A stretch of 64,000 nucleotides of DNA from Podarcis cretensis (GCA_951804945.1 OX638152.1:41912001-41976000); one strand, 5' to 3'; positions 49,622-63,925 are shown, counted from the stretch's first letter. Notes: a model not told the origin generated them from the sequence alone. Numbers and translations: made by a program.

Positions 49622-49869
49622 TATAAGCCTCTCTGTGATCCTCAGATGAAGGCCAGTATATAAATTTAATTAATTATATATATTGTGTGTGTGTATCCCC
49701 CACCTTAGAGGCAGTTCTAGGGGAGTGCCTCTTGTGGGGTCACACCGGGTGCAGAGTTTCTGAGGCATTGCCGCAGGCACCACCATTGGAAGGTGAGAGG
49801 TGGCAGGTAGATGTTAAGAGATTTTAAGGAAAGGACTCAATAATAAGAGGCCAATCCCGTAACACATAT

Positions 49870-50355
49870 ATCTATGGTATGGTCACATTTGGAATATTAT
49901 GCAGAGTTCTATCTGCCTAGTATCGTAGAGCTGGAAAAATTTCAGGAAAGGTGAATCAAAATACTCAAGACATTGGAACAATGCATTCTCTTCAATGGTT
50001 TTTTTAGTGTGGGCAAAAACAACTAAGTTTTATGAGAGTATATATGGAGTAGAGAAAGTGCAAAGAAAAAAGTCCCCCCCCCCCACAATACTAGAATTTA
50101 GGGGTCATCTCTAACTACATTAATAGGCAATAGATTCTGACAGAAGAAACAGCTTTTTCACACAATGCCTAATTAATTTGTGGCTTTTTGCTGCCACAAG
50201 GTGACCATAGATTAGGCAGATTCATGGAGAATAAGTGTATGGCTGCCAATTATGATGGCTAGAAGCATCTGGCTGGACACTTTGGGAAATAAGATGCTAT
50301 GGTATATGGGCCTTGTATACAATCCAGTGTGGCTATTCTTGTTACGTTCTTCATG
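49870..50355 (+). mobile_element. Old CR1 LINE 3' fragment
   Basis: CACATTTGGAATATTATGCAGAGTTCT...GAGCTGGAAAA...TTCACACAATGCCTAATTAATTTGTGG...ATCCAGTGTGGCTATTCTT. Confidence 0.7.
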
Positions 50356-50765
50356 TTCGCTTGAACATGTGCAATACTAATGCAGGAAGTATCTTTAAAG
50401 ACTCTGTGCTCCTGATTCTCCCTTTCAACTCCTCTTTCAGTATGTACGGTATCTTACTGGAGTCTGCTCTAAAGTGGAAGGCAAATCAAGATTTGATCCC
50501 AGGACTTTCCTGGTTCACAGCCTAGTTCAGATTCCTAGAAATTATAACTGCTGAAGGCATTATACATTGATAACACTCCTCCTGTCTCTAGTGGCAGGAC
50601 ACCTTGTTCTGGACCAATGTCAGTCCTGTGCAGCAAACACCAACAGCCCACATATGCCCAGCATCACTGGTTTCAAGGTAATTCACTAGGCTGTGACAAA
50701 AATCACAGTGCACTCCTATATGTATACTGAATATGTCTACTCAGAAATATGTTCAGTGGAAGTTA

Positions 50766-51127
50766 GGTAAAGGTAAAGGTACCCCTGATGTTAGGTCTAG
50801 TCGCGGACAACTCTGGGGTTGCGCCGCTCATCTCGCTTTACTGGCCGAGGGAGACGACGTTTGTCCACAGACAGCTTCCAGGTCATGTGGCCAGCATGAC
50901 TAAGCTGCTTCTGGTGAACCAGAGCAGTGCACGGAAATACTGTTTACCTTCCTGCCGGAGCGGTACCTATTAATCTCCTTACACTTTGACATGCTTTTGA
51001 ACTGCTAGGTGGGCAGGAGCTGGGACTAAACAATGGGAGCTCACCCCATCACGGGGATTTGAACTGCCAACCTTCCAAATGGCAAGCCCTAGGCTCTGTT
51101 GTTTAGACCACAGTGCCACCCGTGTCC
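50766..51127 (-). mobile_element. Sauria (Squam1) SINE
   Basis: (GGTAAA)n tail and TSD TCAGTGGAAGTTA / TCAGTGGAACTTA. It is inserted in an older ~90-bp palindromic repeat. Confidence 0.93.
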
Positions 51128-51185
51128 TCAGTGGAACTTACTCATAGGTAAATAGGTACAAGATTTCAGCCTCTGCCTGCTTTTT

Positions 51186-51543
51186 TTGTTGTTGTTTAGT
51201 CGTTTAGTCGTGTCCGACTCTTCGTGACCCCATGGACCAGAGCACGCCAGGCACTCCTGTCTTCCACTGCCCCCCGCAGCTTGGTCAGACTCATGCTGGT
51301 AACCTCAAAAACACTATCCAACCATCTCGTCCTCTGTCGCCCCCTTCTCCTTGTGCCCTCCATCTTTCCCAACATCAGGGTCTTCTCCAGGGAGTCTTCT
51401 CTTCTCATGAGGTGGCCAAAGTACTGGAGCCTCAGCTTCACAATCTGTCCTTCCAGTGAGCACTCAGGGCTGATTTCCTTCAGAATGGAGAGGTTTGATC
51501 TTCTTGCAGTCCATGGGACTCTCAAGAGTCTCCTCCAGCACCA
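51186..51543 (-). mobile_element. BovB 3' stub
   Basis: Encodes ...RVPWTARRSNLSILKEISPECSLEG...HGVTKSRTRLND*. Near-identical to the 3' end of the long copy; no TSD seen. Confidence 0.95.
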
Positions 51544-54500
51544 TCCCTATATTTACATTTGTGTGACATTCACTCATGCCATTTCCTTCCTTGTGTAGCT
51601 ACTGCATTTCCACCCTGTTTATTTTTGTACGTGCTTTGGGGGAATGTAGAGGTTTATGCGATACCATGTGAAGGTGGAGAGATTAGTCACTGCATTGTTT
51701 CAACAGAAAAGAGTAAGGTCAGCCGCTCCATTCCATTTATCACTGTTTTACGCCAGAGAAGAAAAAGCCTGTACAGTAATAACTGACTCCAAGTACAGAT
51801 TATTTAATTGACAAAACAGCACCATCCACACAGAAGGAACCACACACAGTCAGGTTTTAGGGAATCTCAAGATTGCATACATAAATAAATAAAGTTTATT
51901 GGGGTGGGGCTTAAAAGGTGTAGTGGGGAATTCATAACAGGCCAATGAGGATTGAGCATATTTTGGTGGCTGCAGAAAGCATGTGTTGGGAGGGGAAAAA
52001 CAAAACAATACAGAGAACTGGAATGGAATGCAGTATCCTGGTAAAGAGCATGTCTCGCTGCCCAGCATCTGAACAGGAGTACCCCACATTGCGTATTTTG
52101 TTTCAGGTACCACTTGTTATTTGCATCCTACCATTCCTCCAATGATGTGAGAGCAGCATTTTAGCCTCTGAAAAGCCCTGCAGAGTTGATTGACAGTAGC
52201 TAGTGCCGGACCATTTAGGAATCTTTATATATGTGAAAAGATTTTAACCTGGGCTTCCAACCTGTAAGGGCATTCCTGCAGCCACTACACTACACTGGTT
52301 GTACATGTCTGTATGGAAACATATTTTCATATTTTAAATATATCTTGAAATACAATTGCCAACCAGAAAAAAGCTCTTCAGAAAGCAGCATCTTTCTGAT
52401 AACGTTGGCCTATAAAACACAGAACACAAGACCATAACAATATGTGCAAGACAAGTTCTCCCCAAGTACAATATGAAATTAATCCCCTATGAATAGGAAT
52501 GTAAAATAATAGAACACTGAATACTGTGTGGAGATGATAGCATGAATAGTGGCCTATTATATCTTTAGAGAAAAACTCTTACAGGAAATAAATTGTTTCT
52601 TCTCTAAAAATACTCATCATAGTGTATCTACACTCTTGGACAGTGCAAAGCTCCAGGGAGCCTTGCATCAAATATATATTCTCTTCTTCTATACTGCAGG
52701 CAATACTTGACTGACATACAGTAAAGAAAAAAAAAGCAAGAAATTAGATGGGCATCCCAGTTCATAAATCAGCACAGCTGGCGTGCTTGGATTGAATTCA
52801 GCACAGTGTTAGTTCAGTCCATGGTCTTGCAAAGCCCTTTTGGCTCAGCCAAGTCTGTCACTTGTAAGGCAACAGGTGCAGGCAGGTGGGCAGTCCTCCC
52901 CCCCCCCCCGGGGACTAGATTGCAACATCCTCTGAGGGAGGGAAAGACACCTTTGCCAAGCAGGGAAAAACAGGATTCAAGAAAACCCAAGGAGAACCAC
53001 AGCTACACATAGGCAGCAGCAATATCCATTAGGGCTGGGAAGCAGGAAGATGTGAGTTTGAGCCCTACCAGAGCCCCACTGTTTCAGCCCTACTGTTTAC
53101 ATCACTCAGCTGGGAGAACTGTCCATCGATTGCTACTCTTTGCTTTCTTTAACCAGTTGCCAATCCATAAGAGGACCTCTCTGCTTATCCCATGGCAACT
53201 AAGTTTTCTCAGCAGTCCTTGCCTTGTTTGCTGTAGTTTCAGTTCAGAGCCACTTCTTACCAATTTCTTCCTTTCTTACCAACATCCCCCTCCCCTCCTC
53301 TCTGTTATCACACTTCCTACAGTCTTCACATTTGGTCTCCCACTTGGCAGCTCCCCCAACTGTCAGGGAATCTTACGACGCTGACATTTTGTTCTTGTCA
53401 TCCTAGTATGTTATAATTAGCATTCTGCTGTTAGAATAGCAGAAAATAGGATGCACATATTTCTATCTATGATAGATAGATTTAGAACAATGTAAATCAC
53501 CCCAAATACTGATTTTAAACCTTGTTTTCTATTTGTAATTCACATTATTTCCTGCACATATCAGTCGATCACTATAAAAGGTATAGTGCATTTCTTTGCA
53601 ACCTATCTCCAAACCTTGTTCATGAAGCCCAAATGTCGTTTGCGCTACAGAATTATTATCTGAGGGTCAAACTAAAAGTGATATAGTTTGCCATGTGGTT
53701 TTGTAGTTACGAATCATAGACCTATTCCTTCCCCTTCATTTCTGTGGACACCCATGCACATAGACTGGCCCTGATAGAGAAAGGAAGAAGCAGGGTGGGT
53801 GGGGAGAGCAATTATTAAATTAACTGAATTCTGCTGGACTCATTATGCAAGGGCTTTAAGCAACAGCATTTGCCTGACGACAAAGTGACCAGAATTAGCC
53901 AGAATAAAACTCACCCGATATTAATTCAAGCAGCATGGGCCTCTGCATTTCATGTGGGCTCTGGTGTTTTGAGCTACTACAAATACTTTGGTTTTATCTT
54001 CACCTGTTAACAAAACTCTTTTAGAACTGAACAAGGACACAAAAATAACTTTCCTGAAACAGGAGTGGATTGTGAAACAAATACACAGCTGGATTTGGGG
54101 TGTCTTTGAAATCTCCCTTTATCCTCTTTCTCCACTTTTATTCCAGTTCAGGTTCTTTGCTTCTCTGGCACACAGCCTACCCTGGGTGGAGATTAAGGAT
54201 TCTCTTTGCCCCTTCATCCTTGAATATTTCTTTTTAATTTCACAGTTTAGATTCCAATTGGGTAATTACATTCTTCCTATCTCAAATTCCTCTGTAATTT
54301 CAATTGGATACGGTATCCTTCACCCTTTCGTCTCAACTCTTGGAGTGGCTCGGGGTATTGTTCAAAGCCTACTCTGTTCCATTCCAGTCCCATTCCATGT
54401 CTCTTTACAAGAGGATGGGCACAAAGCCATCGCTCACCCTAGAGCTGGACATCACTTGCTTTTGAGTTACAAGACCACCTTATCCTTTTGTCTCAAAATG

Positions 54501-55184
54501 CTTACTTTTGTCACGCCCTTTATTCTGCAGACCTTTGGAGGGACACTTGTGTTACAGACCTTTTTCTCCCTTCTGCCCAACTACACAAACATTTGTTATA
54601 TCAAAGGAAACCACGCAGGTTACTGCTGCAACTTTAAACACATTTAGCTCCACTGAACACAGTTGGACGTGCTTGTAAGTCAACAAGCGTTGGATTTCAT
54701 CATAAGGGGCTATTGATCAATCTATCTATCAATCTATCAGTCTAGTGTATTTTGCATAAAGGAGAATAAATCTCAAATACTTTGGCCAAGAAAGCCAAGC
54801 AAATTCAGCAACAGGAATACCTTTTTAAATGAACTATGCAGTGCATGAGAGTAAGTCCCACGGAACTCCTTGAGACTTACTTCTAAGTAGACAAGTGTAG
54901 GATTGCATTCTTCCTGTGTTATCGACATGCAAAAGATTTTTTTTTTTTGTATGTTCAAGAAATGGTAGTAAAAACTATAAATAAAACATGGAGGAGACAG
55001 CATAGAGACTGAGCAGAAAATGGGTTGGATAGGAGAGACAGGGAGAACCTTGCTGTAAGCCTCCTCTTCCTGCCCTGCATCTTTTTACTATACCGCCTAC
55101 CCACTTAAACACACCATTTATTTATTTTTAAATTTGCAGGGGAAGGGAGAGTAAGAGGAGAATTAGGGGACACATGTGCAAAAT

Positions 55185-55750
55185 TATTAGCAATCTAGAG
55201 AGACTAAAGAGAGAGAAATGGCTTTCTTTCAGAATAGTTGGACCTCTGGGTGATACATTGAATCAGGCTCGCGGTAAATATGGACCAAATACAAGGATGT
55301 ACTTCTTCGTGCAATGGCTTCCTCAGCTTGTGAAATTCATTCCAACCATCTGCGATAGAAACTCCTATTCCTGTTGACTCTTTAGAAGGATTAGACAAAT
55401 GCAAAGGAAGGCAAACGAATCTGTTCAGTAGGAGAAATCCTCATTACCATATTATTAGAAAAACAAGCAACTGTTCCTCATGCCATGTTTGTGAGCTTCC
55501 TGGGAGCCTCTTGACATTTTGGCACCTGAGATGGACCCCAAAATGACATCCTCCTCCCTGGCAGAGAAGAAGGGGTCAGGGAAAATCTACATTAGGAATG
55601 AGGGTGGGGAGAGAAGGATTGACATTGGAATCCACTGTCCTGAGGAACCTGCTACCTGAGGTGGTTGCCTTAACTTGTCTCATAGGTGGGGGCTCTGCAT
55701 GACAGACTTAGGTGGGCCTTTGGCCCAATCCAGGAAAGCAGTTCTCATAT
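55185..55750 (+). mobile_element. Highly degraded CR1-like fragments
   Basis: GGACCAAATACAAGGATGTACTTCTTCGTGCAA...GGATTAGACAAAT and GGGCCTTTGGCCCAATCCAGG...TTCTCATAT. Confidence 0.45.
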
Positions 55751-56651
55751 CTGTTTGTTCTTCTATGGATAGGCTGTGAAACGTGGCATCTGCTTTGTTA
55801 AAGTCCCACCAGCATACGCTTACATTTATTCTTTCTGCCTTCTGCCGTTTTCATTTCTTCCTTTTTCTCTCAGTCAAACAAATTAGGTCTCTCAGACGCA
55901 ACATTTTCCTTGCTGTCTGAAACAAAGGTCTGATAGCCAGGTTTAAAGCTCTGTTTAAATTTAGCCTGAGCGAGTGGCTTCCAGACAACCTGTTTATTGA
56001 ACATTATTGAACATTTGTTTGCACAATGTTTGCGGGGAGGTTAGGCACTGGCTTTTCATCAGGAGTGCCAGCTCTGTGGGTGCCAGGGGCTGTGGGTGCC
56101 ATGCAGCGTGCATGGCCCAGGCACCAAAATTTGTGGGTGCTGTTGCAGGAATTTATGTATGGGGGGTGGCCCCTCCAGCAGATATCATGTACATGCAGCC
56201 CACTACCCAAATCTGCACAATCACTTTTGTATTTTGTCCCCACAAAATACTTCATCAGTGTCTTCCTATCTATTCAAAGGGCATCTGCTGCACAATACCA
56301 AATGTAACAATTCACTGATAATTTTATCTATGTACTGGGTCACTGGGAAAACTTTAGAAATTCATATAGGCATGTGAGCTCAGCTACTCAGCAGTGATAA
56401 TCCCTGGCATCCTGATACCTGAGTGCCAGACAGGTAGCCATTCCAGATGAAGACAAAAGGGTATGATTAACTTGGCTGGGAAACAGGGAAATGTAAATAT
56501 CTCTTTGGTTTCACTTAATGGGTGTGTGTTGGAGGGCAAGGGGAGGAGTGTGGCAGGATCCAGGATGCTCAGATTACTGCCACCAGACCTCCCCTTTCAT
56601 GATGTAACCATGATGTAACCATGATGTAGTTTGGGTTGTGTATAACATGGG

Positions 56652-56890
56652 GCTCATCTCGCTTTATTGGCCGAGGGAGCTGGTGTACAGCTTCTGGGTC
56701 ATGTGGCCAGCATGACTAAGCTGCTTTTGGCGAACCAGAGCAGCACATGGAAATGCCGTTTACCTTCCTGCCAGAGCGGTACTTTGATGTGCTTTCGAAC
56801 TGCTAAGTTGGCAGGAGCAGGGACTGAGCAATGGGAGCTCACCCCGTCACGGGGATTCGAACCGCCGACCTTCTGATCCGCAAGTCCTAG
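56652..56890 (-). mobile_element. Truncated Sauria SINE
   Basis: GCTCATCTCGCTTTATTGGCCGAGGGAG...GGGATTCGAACCGCCGACCTTCTGATC. Both ends are missing. Confidence 0.9.
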
Positions 56891-59589
56891 AAGGACATGG
56901 GGATTAGGAGCTGATAAAAGTTTGGGTTCTCTTTTGTATGGGGCTTCCATCTTGTTTCACCTGGTGGCAGGTGGGAGTCCTGTCATGACAGTCTTCAGTA
57001 AAGACCAAGCCTACTGGCTACTGTTTTGCTCTGGTATTCCTAGCTGGTGTCCTTCTTTTTTTGTCCAAGGGAGCCCTCAGATTTCTCCGTTAACAGTGCC
57101 CAGCCCCTTTTTTGGGAATTTTCTGGGTGCTTGGGTACCCAGGGCCCCAGGGAGTTAGCACCTATGCTTTTCATTGAGCATTCATTCCAATTTGTCAGTA
57201 GGGAGATTACATGACAAGTGGGCTTGTTGTTCAAGAGCACTAATCCACTTTCATTGTGCAACCTGAATTTGCTTGTGATTAAATCCTACTCAAAGATAGC
57301 AAAAATGTCCGGAAGTGCACTTGGTGTCCTCCATGACCAAAGGATATGTCAGGAACTATAACTGTGTGCATTACTAATAGACTTTCAGCTGGAATCTGAT
57401 GCTAAAGCTCCCTTCACGGTGTTCCCTTTTTCTCCGCTGCAGATAAAGCATCCATTTGAAGGCTGGCCTGGCCGTAAGTAACCATAGGAGTGCAATCTGA
57501 GCAGATTAGTGAAACAGTGGACAGCAAACAACCCTTAACAGAACCACCCCTCTCTTCTTCAATATCAAAATGGAGCATTTTCCTGAAAAGGACAAACAAT
57601 GCCAGCTGCTTGGTCCATGGTTTTCTCTGTTCTTTTCCATTTTACTCATAAATCTACAAGAAAGGGGTGGGAGTGGGGGAAAGGAAGGAAAGGTAACCAA
57701 TAATGTTTATTCCCAAGTTTTCCAGAGTCAGCAAGTGCTGAGAGAGTGTATCATTAAAAAAATGAGACTTCTGAGTATACAAATGCCAGCAGGAGGGAAA
57801 GTCACTGTTGCTTATTGTCTACTTTGGTGCCACATGGAAAGTTCAGCTAATCCTCTTAGTTACAGAAAGGAAAGATTGTTATCTCAAGCAATTTGCTGGC
57901 TCTGCTCCTTTTATTCTCTTCAGTTTTCTTCCTACCTAATTGAACACCATTTCCCCCTCTGGATCTTGTTTTGAGTAATCATGGGGCCGCATCAGGGAAG
58001 GAGGTTTTTTTTTTGGGGGGGGGGATAATAAGATAGTGATTCTTAAGCTTTAGGCATACTTTTTAGTATTCTGTAAAACCACAAGAAGAAGAATGCAGGA
58101 AAATGCCAGAAACCTTTTCCCACCGCAAACAGTAATGCACACCCAATTAAAAATTGACTCCTTCTGCACTCTGGGACACCTCTACCGAACACATGGTCTT
58201 GGGATATACTCTGTGTTTGTGACATCTTTGTCAGGCAGGACATAATTGTTCAAGGCTGATTTTTTACGCTATGGCTGCTGCATCTTAATGGCATGGAGAA
58301 TGTGCAAACAGCAATACATGCCTGTTGTCCAGCAATGGCTTCTGTTTCTCTTTACCTTGCATATTAATTCCTTTGGGTAGAGCAGACAGTACAGCTGCAC
58401 TGGCATGCAGAATGTGTTGATTCAGAAGCTTCTTGTCTGCAGAAAGGAAGAAAACTAGAAGAGTAGTACTGAGTACAAGAAGGCTTAAGAATTAGTAAAA
58501 CTGGAAAATATGGATGTGAGCTAGTCTATGCTGTCTCTTAAAACTTCACAAGGAAGTAGTTTGCATGCATTTTGAAGTGAAATGTGGTGAAAAATTCGTG
58601 CATATACCTTCACATTTGACAGGCAGAACAACTATCTAAAGTTGAATTGAAAGGATCTCATGAGAATTGATCCTGTATAATTTAGTGATTGTGATGTATT
58701 ATAATTATAGACCAGTCACCCAAAACCTGCCAGTCTGACAATGTGGAATAAGAAATGAGAAGCACATTGATAACATGTTGTTTTCACTTTCATGGCTTAA
58801 CTGAACTTAAAGTCATTCAGTTTCAAAGAGTGGGGGAGCAGAAGTGAATTTTGAAATGCAAGAGGAAAGAAGGAAATAAAAAAAATGCTAATTCTGCCAC
58901 TCATATTCAAATGCCAAGGATGTTATTCCTGCATGTTGTGTGAGGCTTAAATGAAAATATTATTACACCCCAAAAGCCTGTTAATAGTTGTTAGGTGGGT
59001 GGGTGGGTGGGGGGGAAACTTATAGTAGCTATTGAGTCATTTTAACTATCATTGGATCTGAACTCCACATGCAGAAGGACTATGTTGCTTTCACAATGTG
59101 CCAAGAATGTGATATCAGTGTTAGTGCTGTGATTGACCCAGAATTCACAACAAATTGTATGTTGGCAAAGTATTTATCATAGCCCAGTATCAAGCTTGAA
59201 CATTCTAGGAACATCCCTCATCTGTGGGATGCTATAACTGAGTTAGCATTTTGCCCACCTGGCAAAATTACTGCTATGAAAGAATTATTCACACCCTTCA
59301 TTGCCCTACAGGTATTTATTTGAGGAATTTTTGCCCTGCCCTTTAGCCAAAAGGGCTCCCAGAGAGGCCTAATATTCATTGCTGATTCCCTAGACAGCTC
59401 CATCTCCATCTAGGCTATCTGCTGTGTCCCATACACACCTAAATTCTTGTCTGGCTTCTCCCCAAATAGATCTCTAATAGTGAAGCTATCTGCTTCCAGA
59501 TGAACACTCTTCTGCCGGCTCTGCACTTCTTACTGGACCCAACACCGCCTCAGCTCCTAAGGGCCTTGGAATAAAGGGGGAGAATCTGG

Positions 59590-59752
59590 GGGCTGAGGCA
59601 TGAGTCCATGTACAGAGTTGAGGGAGGCAGATAAAGTTTCCTTGGGGCTGGGTAACATTGGATAACATTGGTAACATTGGGCTGAGGCATGAGTCCATGT
59701 ACAGAGTTGAGGGAGGCAGATAAAGTTTCCTTGGGGCTGGGTAACATTGGAT
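59590..59752. repeat. Perfect 74-bp tandem duplication with 15-bp templated spacer
   Basis: 59590-59663 is identical to 59679-59752. Confidence 0.92.
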
Positions 59753-60861
59753 TTCTCCCCTGCAACTGCAAGTTCTTAAGTGTTCCCAGTTGCCCAGGAG
59801 GTTTCTGTAAGTCCCACTAGGCTTCCTCAGATGAGGTTGACCTGGAGTCATGGTCAGGCTGGACTCTGAAAGGAAGATGGTCTCTGTTCTCAGGCTTACA
59901 ACCAAAACATGACTGAATTTTACAAGTGTATGATATGTCATTCCAAATTCAGGACAATCTCTAGGCAGGATGTGTCTTCATGCTGCAGTGTGAGCAGGTA
60001 CTTTTTGTAGGGATGGCCTGAGGAGCAAAAGCAGTGTTCTGATGCTCCCATCACCTGGAGTGCTCTTCTGTGTTTAGGACCACAATAGGCACTGATGTCA
60101 ATTGCTTTTTGTCAGCTCAGGGCTCCTTAGCAATTGCTCCCCCTTAGTCCTTGGTCACAGTCACACTGAACACAATGTTGTCTCTGAATATATAAGGTAC
60201 AGTACTTCCAGGCTATCACTGTTTTGGGGTGGGATTCAATCTCACACTGGTTCCACAATTAAAGTTGATTTGGTGCTCCTGCACAACAAACTTGCTCCCT
60301 TTGATCACCAGTTTGATCTTTTCCAATACAGAAAAGGATGGAAAAATGCACCGGAAAGTGTGGGATAATAATTGCATGATGCAGCACCATAAAATGTCAT
60401 AACAAATGCTCAATAAACAGCCAAAATCACCTAACCTCCTTATGAAATCAGGGCAATGGCGCAATTAATTGGCCTGGAAGTGGCCACAATCTTCAGTATG
60501 ACATTTTATTTTATTTCTTTTTATTTTATTTGTTTATAAAATTTCTATATCACCCTTCATCCAAGGGCCACAAGGCAGTTTACAATACGAAAACACAAAC
60601 ATACATAACATAGCAACAAACAAAACATGACTTCCTGCTAAATGTGATTGTGCCATAACCATAACCCTGAGCAGCAGCCAGGAGAGAGGGGAGGGGAACC
60701 AACTGAATTAGGAAGGCCTGTGGTGCAAGCCACAGAGGTACTGAAGACCCAGGCCTTGACACTGAGCCTCAAGTGACTTAGAACTTCAGACTGGGACCAC
60801 TGGAGGCATCACCCGCTGAGCCAGACTCACCTGAGAAACCAGCCACCTTTACACCAGGGAC

Positions 60862-60990
60862 CAGGGGTGTAGCCAAGGGGGGCAGGGAGGAGCAACTGCC
60901 CCCCTTAGATCAAGTAAAACAATAGGAATTCTTAACTGACCAATCACGTTGGTTCTGCCCTCCCCCCCAACAAAAGTCCTGCTCCCCCAA
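60862..60990. mobile_element. Partial hAT-type MITE
   Basis: CAGGGGTGTAGCCAAGGGGGG terminus. The other end is degraded. Confidence 0.5.
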
Positions 60991-61662
60991 CAAGGGGCTC
61001 CTTATTTCCTGTGCAAGCTCACTAGTACAGTACTGGCAACACACAACTGACAGAGAGGCAGCAGACTGCCAAAGGCCTAGCCCTTTAAGACTCTCCAATG
61101 TTCAGGAAGGGGGTGGAGACTGGGCGGGGTAGTCTGGCTCAAGAGGAAGAAAAGGATTTACTTAAGCTCCAGACATCATTAGAGCAAGTTGTCTACATGG
61201 AGCTATCCAAGGTCCTGCAACTTCAGCCTGCTCCTATCTGCTACTACACCATAGGGCTGACTGGATTCAGTAATTCTAGAAAGGAAGAGGGCAAATGCCT
61301 TGTCATTGAATTCCTGCCTTTTCTTCCTTCCACAGTAATTCCAAGTATATATGGCTTGCTTAGCCACCTAGTGGAGCTTGTGTTAGTTTGCAATTTGCTT
61401 TTCAAGGGAGGGTTTTATTTATTTATAAGTATTTTGACTTATAAGTATTTATAAGTATTTTATACTGTCCATCAATCATATTCCCAGGGCAGTTTGCAAA
61501 AAAAGAAAGAAAGAATAAAGCCATTAACCAATTTAATTTTAAATAAAGCCATTAAAATTTAAATACAGATAACATGAGAAACTAAAAGTCCATAGTCATA
61601 AGGCCACCACATAAAAATGAGTCAGGGGAATTAAAATTGCATTCCAAAAGTGTGGGGGAAAG

Positions 61663-62066
61663 TGATGGAATGAAGTCATATGGCTTTAGCAGAAATGTTA
61701 TAAGGAATTAGGTACAGATAGATTGTAAATGTATTAAAGGGAAAAAACAAGGTTAGAATATGTTAAGATAAATTACAGGACAGAAAACAGAGGAAGATGG
61801 AAAGGAATTGCTGAAACAGTTAATTGAAGTGGAATACAAAAAGGGAGGTGTGAGGAGGTTGCTGAAACAAGTGAACGAAAGTTATGATATCGAAATTAAT
61901 GGATGTGTTTTTAATTGTTTTTGTTTTGTTTGGTTGAATCAATGTTTTAGGGTTTGGGTTGTGTGGTGTTTTTGTTTTTGTTTTTGTATTTGTATTGTAT
62001 TGTTTAATTCTTTTTCTTTTCTTTTGTAATCTTTAAACTGCTAATAAATATTATTTTTTTAAAAAA
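61663..62066 (+). mobile_element. 5'-truncated L1-type 3' UTR insertion
   Basis: 18-bp TSD CAAAAGTGTGGGGGAAAG (61645-61662, 62067-62084), GT-rich tract, AATAAA and A tail. Confidence 0.8.
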
Positions 62067-63925
62067 CAAAAGTGTGGGGGAAAGAAGGTCATTGTCAGGT
62101 GTGAAAAGGACAATAAGGGAGGTGTGGAGACAGCATTCCAAAACTGATGATATTAAAGCACTAGCTAATAAAAAAAAGTCAAGCTTCTTAAAAGGTCTGG
62201 AAGAAAAGAAAGGGTTTAGCCTGGCAACAGAAATATGTTAAAGTGGGTACCGGGTGAGCCTTTTAAGGGAGAGCATTTCACAAACAGGGGACTACCACTG
62301 AATAGGCCCTGCATACTTCGCAGGAGGGGGCATTTAGTGGAGGAACTCTATAGGTGACCTTAGTACCTACATAGGTTCATATGGGAAGAGGTGTTGATTC
62401 AGGTTCTGGGGTCCCAAGTAATGTAAGATTCTATAGGTTAAAATCTGCACCTGGAATTGAGCCTGGAAAGAAACTGGTGCAATGAATGAGACCCAGTGTA
62501 ATATGCCCAAGCTTCCTGGTACCCATCAGTAATCTTAGCACCAGTTTCACCATCAGATGTCATTTTGGAACTGTCTTCAGATGCATCTCCATATATAATA
62601 CCCAACATCACTCGGTCCATTCACCATGAATGAGGCTGTGCCAAAACATGAGCTGAATGTTTCTGGCACACAGCCATGCATATATTGGATAGTAGCTGTT
62701 TTAAGGCCACTGTTTCAGGATTACCTCTTGATAACACTTCTGAAACATATTCTTGTTACTTTAGTATGCTTTCATACTAAATGTCAAAATCATGAGGTCA
62801 GCAAATAAGCTGCACAATTTGCCTGCCTTATATTTGATGGTAAATATGTATATCTACCATATACAGTATAAGGTTTGCAAACCACCCTGGAATCCATTTT
62901 TGATGAAGGTTGGTTTAGAAGTCAAATGAATAAATAAATAACATAAAAATCCTTGACCAGCATATGCAATCACACTGCATTTCCCTCTTTCTTCTTGATA
63001 CACTGCTGTCAAATTGGCATCTGTATGTAATATATATGGAAGCTTCCAATCAGCAGGCCCTGACAGGTGCAGTTGTCAGCACTATTTCATGGCTGCAAAT
63101 GCTTTCTGAGATTCATTAGCCTATTGTTCTCTTAGTTCTTGACAACTCCTTCCATGCTTCTGTTCTACAATGTCTTGAAAATCCCAGGAATGTTCTTGGA
63201 TTTCATGGTTCTTGGCTAATCCTTCAAAGCTGGTCATTTGTCAGGTTCAGATCATAGACTCTCCTGTAAAATAACAAGTTGTTTGGAACAGCTTGCACTT
63301 AGGAACTGGGAGTCTAAACTCAACTGACAGCTTTAAACACTGAAGTGCATTGTCCTAAAGGGTCTGAAAATATTATTGTCATTCAAGAATTATGTGACTT
63401 TATTGAGAGTAATGTTTTTCACAACACTTTCCACCATCTTTTGGATGATTGCCAGAGCATTTGTCAGTCCTTGTTGCATTATATAGAATTGCTGATTTCC
63501 TATTGAGGGTGGTAAACACTGTTTTAGGTCCATTTTCCTTCTCCACTTCCATTTGTTATTGTCCACACTTCAAATAAAGGATATTGAATTACTTAGATCA
63601 AGGAAGCCTGAGCAAAATGTCTTCTGTTCAGGGTAAAGGAAAAGTGTTCTTCCTGAAAAGATTCCTGTCCACCACCTCTTTATAACCTCCCCTTTTGCAG
63701 TCTCACACCTTTTAGGCAATGCAGTATTGAGAACTCACATGCTGCAGCTGCTCAGTGATTCTGTTGCAAAATGTAGTAACTGTCTTGGTAATTTGAGTTT
63801 TACCCACGACCCCATTGGATCTCTGTATCTTCTATCCTGGCAACAACCTGACAGTTCCAGAAACATCTTTTACCTCATCTGGAAGTAATGTTTGCTTGCA
63901 TCTTTCCATCTTACAATTATTTCAT

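Noticed and set aside
53988-54647. 219-aa plus-strand ORF
   Set aside because: TTG start, no recognisable domain, L/F/S/I-rich as expected from pyrimidine-rich non-coding DNA, and no convincing exon on either strand.
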